Counted from the first letter of the stretch, positions 41,409 through 52,098 are shown. The stretch is DNA of 64,000 bases from Thermoanaerobaculia bacterium (GCA_963664405.1 OY761158.1:3968001-4032000); one strand, 5' to 3'. Program-made: numbers and translations. The notes: generated by a model not told the origin, from the sequence alone.

Positions 41409-42278
41409 GTGAGTCAGAAGGTCTTTCCGCAGGTTTTGAGGGAGGCGGACCGGGCTGTCCAGGGAGGCGGCAGGGTCGCGCTGTGCCAGATCGTGCGCAC
41501 CGAGGGGTCGACTCCGGGAAAGCCTGGGTGGAAGCTTCTGGTTCAACCCCAAGGCGAGACAGTCGGGAATCTCGGCGGCGGTGCCTTCGAGGCCCTGGTC
41601 CTAGCGGACGCTCGCCTGGCACTGGAGGCTGAGGAGCCGAACCCGGTGCTGAAACGCTATTACTTCACCGAGGAAGCCGTGCGGGGAGAGCCCACCGGAA
41701 TGGTCTGCGGAGGCATGGCGGAGGTTTTTCTCGAAGTTATGAAAGCAGCACCTCAGCTCGTGATCTGTGGAGGTGGCCCGGTCGGGCAGGCTCTTGCGGT
41801 GGCCGGTGAGCTGGCCGGTTTCGATCTCCTGGTGGTCGAGGATAGAGCCGAGTTTCGAGCTCCGGAGCTCTTTCCCACTGACGCGGAGATCGTAGCCGTG
41901 GATCGAGGCTACGGGGAAGACTTTCTCGACGACCTGCGTTCGAGGGATCTCTACGTTGCCGTTGTCACCCGCTGTTGGGAAACGGACGTGGCCGCATTCA
42001 AGGCGATCTTGCGGCAAGATCCACCGGGCCTGCGCTATTTAGGACTAATGGGAAGTCAGCGAAAAGTGAAGCGGGTCAAAGAAGAAGTCGAGAAGGTTGG
42101 CTTCGACCTTGCCGGTCTTCCGCTTCGGGCGCCGGTGGGCCTGCCGATAGGCGGCGACAGCCCTGGAGAGATCGCAATCGGCGTGCTGGCGGAGATCATT
42201 GAGCAGCGGCAGGCAAGCTCTGCCCTCGAGGGGAAGGTTACTGGCCCTGCCCGTCTCCGGCTCGAGGACACTGCCTGA
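41409..42278 (+). CDS. xdhC: XdhC/CoxF family Mo-cofactor maturation factor
   Basis: GSTPGK, LGGG, GMVCGG, YLGLMGS, APVGLPIGGDSPGEIA. Confidence 0.9.
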   Translation: MSQKVFPQVLREADRAVQGGGRVALCQIVRTEGSTPGKPGWKLLVQPQGETVGNLGGGAFEALVLADARLALEAEEPNPVLKRYYFTEEAVRGEPTGMVCGGMAEVFLEVMKAAPQLVICGGGPVGQALAVAGELAGFDLLVVEDRAEFRAPELFPTDAEIVAVDRGYGEDFLDDLRSRDLYVAVVTRCWETDVAAFKAILRQDPPGLRYLGLMGSQRKVKRVKEEVEKVGFDLAGLPLRAPVGLPIGGDSPGEIAIGVLAEIIEQRQASSALEGKVTGPARLRLEDTA

Positions 42279-42279
42279 G

Positions 42280-42449
42280 AAGAAGTAAGAAGTAAGAAGT
42301 AAGAAGTAAGGAGTGAAGAGTGAGGAGAGTGTCTGATCGGAGAGTTAAGGTCGCGGAGTCCTCGCCGAATCCCTACCTCCCGGCATTCGAGAGCTAGATC
42401 GAGCACTTCCTTTACTCCTTACTCCTTACTCCTTACTCCCTACTTCCCT
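42280..42449. repeat. Inverted pair of heptamer tandem arrays (AAGAAGT)n ... (TTACTCC)n
   Basis: Read directly between the convergent xdhC and pilR-like stop codons. Confidence 0.9.
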
Positions 42450-43877
42450 TCACCTCACGGCGTCGGTCTGCGGCTGGAGCTCTTTGCTTTCGTCCTCGGT
42501 CGCTCGGGTGCCGGTGATGCCGGCCTTTTTCGCGTAGTAGCGGAAGGAGCGGAAGCTCATCTGGAGGATCTCGGCAGCCTGGGTTTGCACCCAGTCGCAT
42601 CGCTCCAGCGCCTGGATCATGAGATTGCGGCGAATCTCGTCGAGCAGTCCTTCGAGCTCCACTCCCTCACGTGGCAGCAGGACGGGCGGTGCATCGCCCA
42701 ATCCGCCGGTTCGCAGCTGAGCGGGGAGATCGCCTGCTTCGATCACGGCTCCGGGGCTCAGCGCGAGCGTTCGTTCGATGAGGTTCTCCAGCTCGCGGAC
42801 GTTTCCCGGCCAGTCGTAGCCCTCGAGGATTCTCGCCGCCTGGACACTCATTCGCTTGCGGTCGATCTCCATCTGCGAGCTGTACTTCTCGATGAAGTGG
42901 TCGGCCAAGAGAGGGATGTCCTCACGGCGATGACGCAGCGGCGGCAGCTGGATCGGAATGACGTTGATTCGGTAGTAGAGGTCCTCGCGGAAGCTCCCTT
43001 CCCCGATCATTTCGAGCAGATCTCTGTTGGTGGCGGCGATGATTCGTGCGTCGACCGACTCTTCTTGGTTGCCGCCCACCTTTCGTATCGTTTTCTCCTG
43101 CAGGGCTCGCAGTAGCTTGACCTGCATGCTCGGGCTCATCTCGCCGATCTCGTCGAGGAAGAGGGTCCCGTGGTCTGCCTCTTGGAAGAGGCCACGCTTC
43201 TCTTTGACGGCGCCGGTGAAGGCACCCCGTTCGTGACCGAAGAGCTCACTCTCGAGCAGATTCTCCGGCATCGCGCCGCAGTTGACCGAAAGGAAGCGCT
43301 TGCTCGAGCGCGAGCTGTCGAAGTGGATGGCGCGGGCGATGAGCTCCTTGCCCGTTCCGCTTTCTCCGTGAATGAGCACGGTCGAGCTCGTCTTCGAGAC
43401 GCGCTCGATAAGACTGAAGATCTGTGCCATGCGCTGGCTGCGACCGATGATATTCGAGAAGCCGTATTTGCGCTCTAGCTCTTTTCGCAGGTAGACGTTC
43501 TCGTCGACCAGTTCTGTTTTCTCGAGAGCCTTCTGCACCAGGAGCTTGAGCTCCTCGACCTCGAAGGGCTTGGAGACATAGTCGTACGCTCCGAGCTTCA
43601 TCGCCTCGATGGCCGATTTGGTGGAGCTATAGGCGGTCATCATGATCACCGAGGTGCCCGCATTGGAGGCTTTAAGCTCTCTCAGGATGTCCATCCCGCT
43701 GCCGTCAGGCATCATGATGTCGCAGAGCAGGAGGTCGAAATCTCTTTCCTCGAGGAGCTGGCGCGCGGCGGCCAGCGAGTCCGCGGGGGTGACTCGATAG
43801 CCCTCTTGTTCAAAGAGTAGCTTGAGAAAGTCGAGGAGGTTCGCCTCGTCATCAACAATGAGTAGGCGAGCCTTCAT
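42450..43877 (-). CDS. pilR: Sigma54-dependent response regulator (PilR/NtrC family)
   Basis: REC domain, GESGTGKE, GAFTGA, C-terminal HTH; downstream of pilC and the sensor kinase. Confidence 0.85.
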   Translation of the reverse strand: MKARLLIVDDEANLLDFLKLLFEQEGYRVTPADSLAAARQLLEERDFDLLLCDIMMPDGSGMDILRELKASNAGTSVIMMTAYSSTKSAIEAMKLGAYDYVSKPFEVEELKLLVQKALEKTELVDENVYLRKELERKYGFSNIIGRSQRMAQIFSLIERVSKTSSTVLIHGESGTGKELIARAIHFDSSRSSKRFLSVNCGAMPENLLESELFGHERGAFTGAVKEKRGLFQEADHGTLFLDEIGEMSPSMQVKLLRALQEKTIRKVGGNQEESVDARIIAATNRDLLEMIGEGSFREDLYYRINVIPIQLPPLRHRREDIPLLADHFIEKYSSQMEIDRKRMSVQAARILEGYDWPGNVRELENLIERTLALSPGAVIEAGDLPAQLRTGGLGDAPPVLLPREGVELEGLLDEIRRNLMIQALERCDWVQTQAAEILQMSFRSFRYYAKKAGITGTRATEDESKELQPQTDAVR

Positions 43878-45547
43878 GTCCATGCTCCCATCGGTTCTAA
43901 GACTCCTGATAACGCAAGAGGCAACTCTATTGTGACCGTGGTGCCGAGATTCGGCGCACTCTCCACCGAGAGTTGACCGTGGTGCTCCTCGACGATCTGG
44001 TAGACGATTCCCATGCCCAACCCTGAGCCTTGGTCGAAAGCCGTCTTGAAGGGCTGAAAGAGAGTGCGCCGCTCCTCCTCTGACATCCCTCTCCCGTTAT
44101 CTCTGAACTGGATGCGGTAGGAAAGGTCGGTGAGATCACCGGAGACCAGTAGCCGACCCCCGTCCGGCATGGCTCGTAGCGCATTGCGGGTCAGGTTCCA
44201 GAATATCTGTCCAACCTGGTCGCGATCGGCAACGAGTCTTACGGTCTCCGGCTCGAGGACCACGTCGATGTGATGCTCTGCTGTTACCTCGTCGCTGTTG
44301 CGGAGGAGTTCGACGTTTTCTCGCAGAACCTCCGCGATGTCGAACTCAGTGTCGGTCCTCTTGTGGGGCCTGGCGAAAGTGAGAAAGCCCTTGATGGTGC
44401 GGTCGAGTCGCCGGCTCTCGTTGAGGATGATCTCGAGCAGCTTGCTCGAACTGTCTGTGTCTGGTGTATTTGCAGCCAGAAGCTGTACCGATCCCGAGAT
44501 CGCCGCGAGCGGATTGCCGATCTCGTGGGCAAGGCCCGCGGAGAGCTCGCCGATCGCCGCCATTCGGTCTTTGAGGCGGACTTCCTGCTCCAATTTGTGC
44601 CAGCCGGTGACGTCCTGAAAGATGAGGATGAATCCGCGGCTGCTGCCGTCGTGATAGTGGAGGCGGCTTACTGAGAATCCGAAGTGGATCTCTGTGTCGT
44701 CGCGCACGATGACGCTGCGCTCGCGACCGTGATCCCCGTGGTCCGCCGCCGCAGCTCTCTGCCAGGCGTCGCGATCGAGGAGGCCGATGTCTTCGACGGA
44801 TTGGCCGACGATCTCGTCCTCCGATCTTGCGAGTAGGGTTGCTCCTGCCGGGTTCACAGTTATGACTTTGCCGGCGAGATCGGTGGTGATCAGGCCGCTG
44901 CCTATCGAGCTCGTGACATCGCGGTGGAAGTGCTCGAGCTGTGCTAGATCCTCACTCTTTCGTTCCAGCTCGACCTCAGTGCGGCGTCCTTGCTGGGCGA
45001 GAAAGGAAACGAGGATGGCGACGGCGTTGAAGCCAACCAGGTGGACAAAGAGTCGGTAGGCGAGCAGGCTCGAAGGCACGAAGAGCTGGTCGATTGGGGT
45101 AATGCGTTGAGTTGCGAGGCCAACAGTGAGCGCGGCGTAGGCGACCCAGGCAATATTGGCGAAGGCGAGCGCCGAGCTGCGGTTCAGCAGAGTGGCGGCG
45201 GCGGTGATGACGATCAGGTAGAGAATGGAAAACGCGCTGGTTACGCCACCGAAGTAGTAGACGAGCCCTGTGACGAGTGAAATGTCGCCGAGAAATTGGA
45301 TTCCAGCCTGGACCCCGGGATAGGCCCTTAGTAGCTTCAACAGACCGAGGTAGACCAAGCTGAGAAAATAGCTCGCCCCAGCCAGCAAGTAGAGATGGGC
45401 CTGGTAGGGGGCCGCCGTCTCCTCGGCGGAGATGCTGTAGGCCTCCTGGGTAGAGATGCTGTAGAGCAGATACAGCACCGCCACGCTGGTGATCGCCACA
45501 AGTCGAGTGGCGATGAGCCAGCGGAGTTGCCTCGACTCTACAGCCAT
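43874..45547 (-). CDS. pilS: PilS-like membrane sensor histidine kinase with a PAS domain
   Basis: TM region, AHEIGNPL, WNLTRNA, DNGRG, GSGLG. Confidence 0.85.
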   Translation of the reverse strand: MAVESRQLRWLIATRLVAITSVAVLYLLYSISTQEAYSISAEETAAPYQAHLYLLAGASYFLSLVYLGLLKLLRAYPGVQAGIQFLGDISLVTGLVYYFGGVTSAFSILYLIVITAAATLLNRSSALAFANIAWVAYAALTVGLATQRITPIDQLFVPSSLLAYRLFVHLVGFNAVAILVSFLAQQGRRTEVELERKSEDLAQLEHFHRDVTSSIGSGLITTDLAGKVITVNPAGATLLARSEDEIVGQSVEDIGLLDRDAWQRAAAADHGDHGRERSVIVRDDTEIHFGFSVSRLHYHDGSSRGFILIFQDVTGWHKLEQEVRLKDRMAAIGELSAGLAHEIGNPLAAISGSVQLLAANTPDTDSSSKLLEIILNESRRLDRTIKGFLTFARPHKRTDTEFDIAEVLRENVELLRNSDEVTAEHHIDVVLEPETVRLVADRDQVGQIFWNLTRNALRAMPDGGRLLVSGDLTDLSYRIQFRDNGRGMSEEERRTLFQPFKTAFDQGSGLGMGIVYQIVEEHHGQLSVESAPNLGTTVTIELPLALSGVLEPMGAWT

Positions 45548-45602
45548 TGATGACGCCTCCTGGGGGGTCTTGCGACTCCCTTTCGGTGCTTCCTAATCGG
45601 TA

Positions 45603-46806
45603 TTAGAAGTACTTGATGATGGTGTACATCGGCAGGTACATAGAAGTGACGATGGTGCCGATAACGACGCCGAGAAAGGATATGAGGATTGGCTCGATGA
45701 GCTTGAGGAGACCGGCAACCGCGGTGTCGACCTCGTCTTCATAGAAATCGGCGATCTTCGAAAGCATCTGGTCGAGCGCTCCGGTCTGTTCACCGACGTT
45801 GATCATCTGTACGACCATCGGCGGAAAGACCTTGGTCTGGCCCAGTGGCTCGCTGATGGTCTTTCCTTCTTCGACCGCTTTGCGGACGGCCATGATGGCG
45901 TCTTCGACGATGGCGTTGCCGGCCGTTCGAGCCGTGATCTCCAGACCCTCGAGGATGGGTACGCCGGAGGCGGTGAGCGTGGCCAGAGTTCGGCAGAAGC
46001 GCGCGGTCGCGATCTTGAGAAGAAGGTTTCCGATAATCGGCGATCGGAGCAGCAATCCGTCGATCACTCGGCGACCACGGTAAGTCTTGTGCGCTCGATT
46101 GATGAGCATGGCCGTGACGCCGAGAAAGATAAAGATGAAGATCGCGTAACGACCGATGAAGTTGCTGGCCCCGATCACCACTCGGGTGAGGAAGGGCAGC
46201 TCGGCGCCTACGCCGGCGAAGAGCTGGCTGAAGACCGGGATGACCTTCCACAAGATGATGAAGACGACAGCGACGGCGATCATGATGACGGTTGCCGGGT
46301 ACATTCATCGCGGTGCGTACCTGCGCCACCAGTCGAACCGACTTCTCGATATAGGTCGAGAGCCGCTGAAGGATGATGTCCAAGATACCGCCGGCCTCAC
46401 CCGCGGCGATCATGGAGACGTAGAGCTCGTCGAAGGCGGACTCGTGCTTGCGCATAGCGTCGGCTAGCGATGCGCCCTGCTCGACGTCCATGCGCACCTG
46501 ACGAATGACTTCGCGAAAGTGGCGGTGGTCCTCCTGGGCGCCGAGGATCTCGAGACACTGAACCAGAGGGAGCCCGGCATCGAGCATGACCGAGAACTGT
46601 CGAGTGAAGATCGCTACGCGCTTGCGAGGAACCCGCACCGGCAGACGCGGCATCAGCGGAATCTGACGGCCCTGCTCGCGAATCGAAGTGATCTGGATCT
46701 GTTGTCGGCGCAGGGTAGCGGCAGCGGCGCTTTTCGAGTTGGCCATGAGGCTTCCCTCTTGAACCTGACCTCCGCGCGCTTTTCCCTTCCAGATGAAGTT
46801 CGGCAT
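45603..46806 (-). CDS. pilC: Type IV pilus platform protein with a +1 frameshift near 46305
   Basis: FTRQFSVMLDAGLPL..AGEAGGILD joins MYPA..GEQTGALD if one A is removed from atgaatgtac. Confidence 0.9.
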
Positions 46807-46825
46807 TGTGAGTCCCCCCCCCGAT

Positions 46826-47956
46826 CTACGCTTGAGCGGTCCTGTTGGGTGGTGTCGGTGCGTTGGCGATGGACAAGCCGACAGAAGACGGCCCACGGTT
46901 GATGAGGTCGTGAAGCTCGTCGATCTGGGACGAGCGTGCTAGAGCGGTGTTGAGGCTGATCATCCTTCGGAAGTAAAGGATGGCCAGAGACTGGTTGAAG
47001 GTCTGCATGCCGTGCTTGGCCTGGCCCGTCTGCATCATGCCGTAGATCTGGTGAATTTTGTCTTCACGGATCAGATTACGGATGGCGGCGTTGGGGAGGA
47101 GAATCTCCATCGCCACCGTCCTACCTCGGCCGCTGAGCCGAGGCAGCAGCGACTGACAGACGATTCCTTCGATAACGAACGAGAGCTGGACCCTGACCTG
47201 GCCCTGTTGGTGAGCCGGAAAAATGTCGATGATGCGATTGATCGTCTGCGCCGCGGAGTTGGTGTGCAGAGTGGCGAGAGTCAAATGGCCGGTCTCAGCG
47301 ATGCGCAGAGCCGCATCCACGGTCTCATGGTCTCTCATCTCACCGACGAGCACGACATCGGGATCCTGCCGCAATGCCGAGCGTAGAGCGTTGTGAAAGC
47401 TGAAGGTGTCAACCAGGAGCTCACGCTGATTGACGATGCAGTTCTGATGGGCGTGAAGATACTCGATCGGATCTTCGATGGTGACGATGTGCTCGCGCCG
47501 CTCGCGATTGATCTTGTCCAGCATCGCGGCCAGGGTGGTGGTCTTGCCGGAGCCGGTCGGTCCGGTGACGAGCACGAGTCCGCGGGGCTTCTCGCAGAGC
47601 TTCTCGATCACCATCGGTAGACCGAGCTCCCTGAAAGTGCGGATCTCGTGCGGGATCATGCGGAACGCGGCTGCAACGGCTCCCCGCGCATGGAAGACAT
47701 TGCAGCGAAAGCGAGACAGGTTCTTGATCCCGAAGGAAAAGTCGATCTCGAGATCTTCCTCCAGGCGATGTTTCTGGGTGTCGGTGAGGATCGAATACAC
47801 CAGCTGCTTGGTCTCGCTCGGCGAGAACGCGTCGTGGTCGAGCTTGTGCAGAGTGCCGTCTATGCGGATCTGCGGTTCCGAGTTAGTGGTGACATGGAGG
47901 TCCGTTCCTCCTCGTTCCACCATGGTTTTGAGTAACGAGTTCAGGCTGATAGCCAT
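46826..47956 (-). CDS. pilT: Twitching motility ATPase
   Basis: GPTGSGKT, TIEDPIE, LRQDPD, AETGH, AIRNLIRE. Confidence 0.96.
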   Translation of the reverse strand: MAISLNSLLKTMVERGGTDLHVTTNSEPQIRIDGTLHKLDHDAFSPSETKQLVYSILTDTQKHRLEEDLEIDFSFGIKNLSRFRCNVFHARGAVAAAFRMIPHEIRTFRELGLPMVIEKLCEKPRGLVLVTGPTGSGKTTTLAAMLDKINRERREHIVTIEDPIEYLHAHQNCIVNQRELLVDTFSFHNALRSALRQDPDVVLVGEMRDHETVDAALRIAETGHLTLATLHTNSAAQTINRIIDIFPAHQQGQVRVQLSFVIEGIVCQSLLPRLSGRGRTVAMEILLPNAAIRNLIREDKIHQIYGMMQTGQAKHGMQTFNQSLAILYFRRMISLNTALARSSQIDELHDLINRGPSSVGLSIANAPTPPNRTAQA

Positions 47957-48032
47957 TGACAAGCCCCGTTCGGTCTCATGGACAAGTGCACAATAATGTA
48001 TTAGTTTCGTGTCTTGGTCAAGTTTTCAGTAG

Positions 48033-48608
48033 CTACTCCTGTACTGCGTCAACGATCCCGATCGCCTCCACTTCCCCCATCAAGAAGAGTAGGTCGTTGA
48101 GGCGATCTGCCGAGTCGTCGCCGACCGGGTAGCGGTAAAAAATGTGCAGAAGGCGATTTCCTAGCGGATGAATCGTGGTGATGCGGAATTCTTCGGTTCG
48201 GACCCCTCCTTCATCGTCGAACTGCCCGCGGGAGTAGTAGGCGGCGTTTCCGTCCGGCGTTCCCAGCTCTCGGCTGCCGGAGAAGGTGCCGCCGGGGAGG
48301 GCCTCGAAAAGCTCTCGTTGTCCGTTGACCACCTCGACCACATTGATGCCTGCCTGCGCCACCGGCCCGATCTCGATCCAGGACTTGCCCGGGGGCAGTC
48401 CTTCACCACGTCTGAGCTCGAGGCGACTTCCGTCGTTGGTGTCGACCTCGAAACCCTCGGGCATGTCGGCAATGGCGATGCCGAGGTTCTCGTTTTCGAT
48501 CCGGCGAATAACCCCCTCTTCCGGGACCGGCGCCGGAGACTGCTTACAGGACAAGAAAAGAGCGCACACGAGTGCGAGGCGCAAGACCTTGAAAGAGGAT
48601 CGATTCAT
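48033..48608 (-). CDS. Hypothetical lipoprotein
   Basis: Lipobox FLSC after a hydrophobic stretch. Confidence 0.65.
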   Translation of the reverse strand: MNRSSFKVLRLALVCALFLSCKQSPAPVPEEGVIRRIENENLGIAIADMPEGFEVDTNDGSRLELRRGEGLPPGKSWIEIGPVAQAGINVVEVVNGQRELFEALPGGTFSGSRELGTPDGNAAYYSRGQFDDEGGVRTEEFRITTIHPLGNRLLHIFYRYPVGDDSADRLNDLLFLMGEVEAIGIVDAVQE

Positions 48609-48704
48609 GCTGAACAGTCTATTGTACCTTCTGCTTCGCTTCTCACCAGCGGAGCGAGTCCGGGGCGCTGGTGAGAGAGCGGACCGTGGTACTTTGCTGA
48701 GGAT

Positions 48705-49364
48705 ATGGAGCCCCTCTTCATTACCTTCGAGGGTCTCGACGGAAGCGGAAAATCGACCCACTTACAGGCTGCTGCCGGCTGGCTGGAGGAAGCCGGCGTA
48801 CCTCATCGTGTGACCCACGAGCCCGGAGGGACGGTTTTGGGGGAGGGCATTCGCAAGCTCTTTCTCCACTCCGCTGCGAGTGAGCTCGACGGTACTGTCG
48901 AGATACTTCTGGTTTTCGCCAGTCGTCGGCAACACTTGAGCGAGGTGATCGAGCCAGCGCTCGAGTCGGGCTACACCGTCTTATGTGACCGCTTCACCGA
49001 TTCTACCCACGCCTACCAAGGCCACGGTCGTGGCATCTCCTCTGAGCTCATCGATGAGATCGACGCCCTGGCAACCGGAAGTCGATCGCCTGACGCGACA
49101 CTTCTCTTCGACTTGCCGGCGGACGATGCGCGGCGTCGCGGCCAGTCGGGAGAGCGCACCGTAGACCGTTTGGACCGCGAGAGTGTCGACTTCTACGAGC
49201 GTGTGAGGCAAGGCTTCCTCGAGCGCGTGCGCTCCGACGCTGAACGCTTTCGGCTCATCAACTCCGGCGGTAGCGTGGAAGAGACAAGGCTTCAAGTGCA
49301 CGAGGCCCTCCAGAACCTCTTGGCTCTGCCGCGATTGGAATCGCGAGATGGCGCCGGAGCTTGA
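48705..49364 (+). CDS. tmk: Thymidylate kinase
   Basis: FITFEGLDGSGKST, EPGGT, CDRFTDSTHAYQG. Confidence 0.96.
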   Translation: MEPLFITFEGLDGSGKSTHLQAAAGWLEEAGVPHRVTHEPGGTVLGEGIRKLFLHSAASELDGTVEILLVFASRRQHLSEVIEPALESGYTVLCDRFTDSTHAYQGHGRGISSELIDEIDALATGSRSPDATLLFDLPADDARRRGQSGERTVDRLDRESVDFYERVRQGFLERVRSDAERFRLINSGGSVEETRLQVHEALQNLLALPRLESRDGAGA

Positions 49365-50181
49365 ACAACTGGCCCTGGAGGGCCACCTCTATACCTCGGT
49401 GATCCTTCATGGCGGAAGTGTGGACGCGCGGCTGCACCGGGCGCTCGGCCTGGCCCGGACTCTGCTTTGTGACGCTGCGGATCGCGGCCTGGAGGGCTGC
49501 GAGTGCCGCCACTGCGCCCGTATTCAGGCGCCGTCCGACGAAGATTCTCGCTTTCACCCTGACGCTCATATTCTCTGGCAGGACTTGAAGACGGTTACGT
49601 CCGTCGAGGCGACCCGAAAACTACTCCGAGCCGCTCACCTGAGACCCTTCGAGGCCCGCGGACAGGTCTTCATCGTCCCGACCGCCGAGACCCTTTCGGA
49701 CGAGGCAGCCAATGTGCTCCTCAAGATACTCGAGGAGCCACCGCTCTCCGCCCCCCGCCACTTCTTTCTCCTCTGCCCAGCCGCCGAGCGTCTACTGCCG
49801 ACGATCCGGAGCCGCTCGATGAGTGTTTACATGGGGCCGGTGCAGGCGCCCGATGTGGAGCTCCTTTCTTCGGTGGCTGCTGAGCTCGGCGACCGAATCC
49901 GTGCCTTTGGCGACACCGGTTCGGTTGCCTACATGCTGGCGGTTGCCGATGCCCTTCTTGCCGGATCGTCGTGGGACGATCCCAGAGATTCGCGGCCCTG
50001 GACCCTGGCCGCCTCTGCCGTGCTCGAGGTGTACCGAGGTCTTGCTGCGGACAGCGAGTTGCGACCGTCGCTTTTGGCGTTGGCGGAGGATCTGCTACTG
50101 GCGCCTGAGATGAGCCTGAGAAGAATACAGTCTCGAAGGATCGTCGAGGGTCTCGTCGCGCGCAGGTTGGGCGCCACTTGA
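49348..50181 (+). CDS. holB: DNA polymerase III delta-prime-like protein
   Basis: Zn module, HPD, AANVLLKILEEP, LLPTIRSR; follows tmk. Confidence 0.85.
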   Translation: MAPELEQLALEGHLYTSVILHGGSVDARLHRALGLARTLLCDAADRGLEGCECRHCARIQAPSDEDSRFHPDAHILWQDLKTVTSVEATRKLLRAAHLRPFEARGQVFIVPTAETLSDEAANVLLKILEEPPLSAPRHFFLLCPAAERLLPTIRSRSMSVYMGPVQAPDVELLSSVAAELGDRIRAFGDTGSVAYMLAVADALLAGSSWDDPRDSRPWTLAASAVLEVYRGLAADSELRPSLLALAEDLLLAPEMSLRRIQSRRIVEGLVARRLGAT

Positions 50182-50320
50182 GCCGAGGTCCGGCCTCGGG
50201 CTGCAGCGGCCCCGAGGCGGGAATGTTGCTACACTCAATTGGGTTGTTCGAGTGTTCAGGGAGCGGTCTGCGCTCCTGACCTCGGCCCACTACCCGCGCC
50301 TACCTTCAGGAGGAATTCCC

Positions 50321-51418
50321 ATGAATCGTGTGTTGAAGTGGCCGGCTCGAGAGGATGGCTCGAGCTGTTTTCGTGCCCTCGCCCTCGCCCCGCTATTCGC
50401 TGCCTTGCTCGCCTTCTCGCCTTCTTCAGCAGAGGCTGAGGACGCTAAAGAACCTCCGGAGGTTGTTGCTCGTGTCGACGGCGAGGCTCTCGGGCGGGAC
50501 GCCCTGCTCGAAGAGGCCGCTGCTCAGCTAAGCCGCGTCGAGGCGGCTCGCGCACAGTGTCAGCTCGGCGCAGACAAGCAAGAGCACGAGGCTTGGGAAA
50601 ACGGGGTCGAGCGGCTGGTGAGGAAGAGGCTTCTCGATCTCGAGGCGACCAAGAGAGGAATCTCCGAGGCGGGTATCAGGGCAGAGCTGGAGCAGCTGGC
50701 CGGAGTCGTGAGCGATGAGGACGTCGACGCTTTCTACGAGAAGAACAAGAGCCAGATTCGCAAGCAGAAAGAGGCGGTCAGCGATCAGATTCGGACTCAC
50801 CTACTCCAGCAACGACTACAGGTGGCCGAGAACGATTTTATTGCCGGCCTCAAAGAGAGCTACAGCATCGATTACTACCTCGAGCCGATGCGTTCGGTGG
50901 TGGCCGATGCGGGCTTCCCACAGCGAGGCCCGGACTCTTCTCCAATCACTATCGTCGAGTTCTCCGACTTCGAGTGTCCTTACTGCCAGCGGGTGCTTCC
51001 CACGATCGAGCAGATCGAGGAGAAGTACGGCGACAAGATCAAGCTTGTGTTTCGCCAGTATCCTTTGTCGATCCACGCCAACGCTCCAAAGGCCGCTGAG
51101 GCGTCTTTGTGTGCAAGCGATCAGGGGAAGTTCTGGGAGATGCACGATCTGATGTTCGCGGAGCAGGAGAATCTGACGATCGACGACCTCAAGGACAAAG
51201 CGAGTCGCTTGGAGCTCGATGACGCAGCCTTTTCTGAGTGCCTCGACTCTGGCCGCCACGCCGCCGCGGTAACCGCCGATCTCCAGTCCGGCACCGCCGC
51301 CGGGGTGAGCGGGACGCCTGCCTTCTTCGTCAACGGACGCCTGATTTCCGGCGCCGTGCCCTTCGAGACCTTGGCAGAGGTCATCGAAGACGAGCTTCGG
51401 CGCGCGGGAGGAAGTTGA
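50321..51418 (+). CDS. DsbA-family thioredoxin with a SurA-like N-domain
   Basis: AGGAGG RBS; EFSDFECPYC, GVSGTP. Confidence 0.9.
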   Translation: MNRVLKWPAREDGSSCFRALALAPLFAALLAFSPSSAEAEDAKEPPEVVARVDGEALGRDALLEEAAAQLSRVEAARAQCQLGADKQEHEAWENGVERLVRKRLLDLEATKRGISEAGIRAELEQLAGVVSDEDVDAFYEKNKSQIRKQKEAVSDQIRTHLLQQRLQVAENDFIAGLKESYSIDYYLEPMRSVVADAGFPQRGPDSSPITIVEFSDFECPYCQRVLPTIEQIEEKYGDKIKLVFRQYPLSIHANAPKAAEASLCASDQGKFWEMHDLMFAEQENLTIDDLKDKASRLELDDAAFSECLDSGRHAAAVTADLQSGTAAGVSGTPAFFVNGRLISGAVPFETLAEVIEDELRRAGGS

Positions 51419-51429
51419 TCGGCACACAA

Positions 51430-52098
51430 ATGCGGTTCGAGGCCTACAGCCCGAAGCAGCGGCCGGAGGCTGAGATGGAGAGGCGTGCCGAGGACTTCTA
51501 CCGTCTCATGGACGGGCGGCGCAGCGTGCGCCACTTCTCAACCCGGCCGGTGGCTCGGGGTCTGGTCGAGACCGCCATCGTCACCGCCTCGACAGCCCCG
51601 TCCGGCGCCCATCGTCAGCCTTGGCGCTTCGTATGTGTCGACGACGACGAGATCAAGAGGCGTATTCGAGAAGCAGCCGAGGCCGAGGAGAGAAAGAACT
51701 ACGGGGGTCGCATGCCGCAGGAGTGGCGGGAGGCCGTCGAGCCGCTGGGTACCACGGCCGAGAAGCCCCATCTGGAGATCGCGCCGTGGCTTGTGGTCGT
51801 ATTTGAAGAGCTCTACGGCGTGGACGGGGAAGGCAATCGGCGCAAGAACTACTACGTCAAAGAGAGTGTCGGGATCGCTTGCGGGCTCTTCATCGCCGCG
51901 TTGCACAATATAGGGCTGGTGACTCTGACTCACACCCCGAGCCCGATGGGGTTCCTTTCAAAGATCCTGGGGTGCCCCGCGAACGAGCGCCCTTACATTC
52001 TCTTCCCGGTCGGCTATCCGGCTGCGGATGCGCAAGTACCCACGCTTCGCCGCAAGTCTCTTGCCGAGGTCGCGACCTGGAACCCCGGGACGGCCTAG
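51430..52098 (+). CDS. Iodotyrosine deiodinase-like nitroreductase
   Basis: RRSVR, APSGAHRQPW, EERKNY, EKPHL, YYVKESVGIACG, TLTHTP, PVGYP. Confidence 0.85.
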   Translation: MRFEAYSPKQRPEAEMERRAEDFYRLMDGRRSVRHFSTRPVARGLVETAIVTASTAPSGAHRQPWRFVCVDDDEIKRRIREAAEAEERKNYGGRMPQEWREAVEPLGTTAEKPHLEIAPWLVVVFEELYGVDGEGNRRKNYYVKESVGIACGLFIAALHNIGLVTLTHTPSPMGFLSKILGCPANERPYILFPVGYPAADAQVPTLRRKSLAEVATWNPGTA

